Source: Candidatus Thorarchaeota archaeon
GTDB taxonomy: Archaea; Asgardarchaeota; Thorarchaeia; Thorarchaeales; Thorarchaeaceae
Direction: 5' to 3'
Assembly (NCBI GenBank): GCA_003345595.1
Contig: PRDI01000026.1
Coordinates: forward strand, 1-26,213
DNA: 26,213 nt
Shown: piece after piece, positions 25,589 through 26,213 of the stretch
How positions within the stretch are numbered: the stretch's first letter is position 1
How the letters are laid out: every line of letters begins with the position of its first letter
The notes under the pieces: model-generated
Told to the model about the DNA's origin: nothing
What the model saw: only the letters and a program-made list of their open reading frames with translations
Database searches by the model: none
Made by a program: the position numbers and the translations under genes

Positions 25589-26213
25589 TCATTGTTCCTG
25601 AAACCTAGCCAACATCGATGCAGCGACAATGATGCAGCCAGCACCCAGCCAGAAGAACAGCGGTTGACTGAGGACTTGGCCAAAGATCCATATCCCTGCC
25701 GCTATAGGAATCAAGTTCATCGTGATCTGCATGAACGGGACAATGTTCACTCCGCGTCCTCGCTTGAACGCTTCTTGAGTCGTCAATATGCCGAACGCGG
25801 TCCCCAGAACCGTACCCACAAGCCCTAGGATGAACATCACCACTGCAGGACCCTGTGAGAGGTCTTCAAGAGAAACGATGAACACTTGCATGGAGATGGA
25901 AACAACAGCATAGCAATTCCCGGATAGTAGCCCCAGAGTGAGAAGCTGAGTTCTGACGACGATGGCGGACAGGGCCGCAAGTATCGCAGATGTGGCAAGG
26001 ACGCACATCACAAGGTAACCGAGCCGCACGGACGACTCGGAATTCAGCACTGACTGTTGCGTGATGTCGCCAGAAACCCCTCCGAGTCCTATGCTAATCA
26101 TGCTTAGGACCAGAAGGACTACACCTATACCCTCCAAGGGCCTGAGCTTCTCTCCCAGAGAGTATACTAGACCTAACACAAGAACGATAATGCCTGAGTT
26201 GCTGAGAGGCTGT
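25589..26213 (-). CDS. DMT superfamily transporter, NIPA/Mg2+-transporter-like (5' end outside the window)
   Basis: Open to the window edge (QPLSNSGIIVLVLGLVYSLGEKL...). TQEAFKRG..VNIVP and GIWIFGQ motifs; multiple TMs. Confidence 0.8.
   Translation of the reverse strand, partial: QPLSNSGIIVLVLGLVYSLGEKLRPLEGIGVVLLVLSMISIGLGGVSGDITQQSVLNSESSVRLGYLVMCVLATSAILAALSAIVVRTQLLTLGLLSGNCYAVVSISMQVFIVSLEDLSQGPAVVMFILGLVGTVLGTAFGILTTQEAFKRGRGVNIVPFMQITMNLIPIAAGIWIFGQVLSQPLFFWLGAGCIIVAASMLARFQEQ

Noticed and set aside
1-26213. Genome-wide TAG (Pyl) or TGA (Sec) recoding
   Set aside because: Many genes end at TAG or TGA where their families normally end (e.g. TAG at 24099-24101 abuts the next start; actin ends HRCI-TGA). 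Only one internal TAG was found, in a gene that is also frameshifted.
1-26213. CRISPR array, cas genes, transposases, tRNA/rRNA
   Set aside because: No regularly spaced repeats, cas or transposase motifs, or cloverleaf/rRNA signatures seen by eye.

Overview
Gene-dense archaeal window, almost certainly from an Asgard archaeon. Thorarchaeia-like is my inference from gene content and style: a eukaryote-like actin, an arrestin-fold protein, a NosD-type beta-helix protein with a GNGTxxDPYVI motif, and TTAAATA-type TATA boxes. It carries about 24 protein-coding loci. I see no rRNA, tRNA, CRISPR array or transposase. Highlights: (1) a putative wHTH-CARF-like regulator translationally coupled to a Mini-III-like RNase III nuclease, transcribed divergently from the actin gene; (2) a non-PFL glycyl radical enzyme operon (GRE, activase, tandem PNPOx-like flavin-binding protein); (3) a ThDP enzyme resembling 2-hydroxyacyl-CoA lyase in an operon with a Zn-ADH and an SCP2 lipid-binding protein; (4) a two-domain arrestin-like protein; (5) a membrane protein with two apparently dead M48/HtpX-like domains; (6) an MFS transporter broken by an in-frame TAG and a frameshift; (7) small non-coding signals around actin (uORF, GNRA-capped hairpin) and a foldable intergenic region at 4366-4521. 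All family calls come from motifs recognised by eye; no database search was run.
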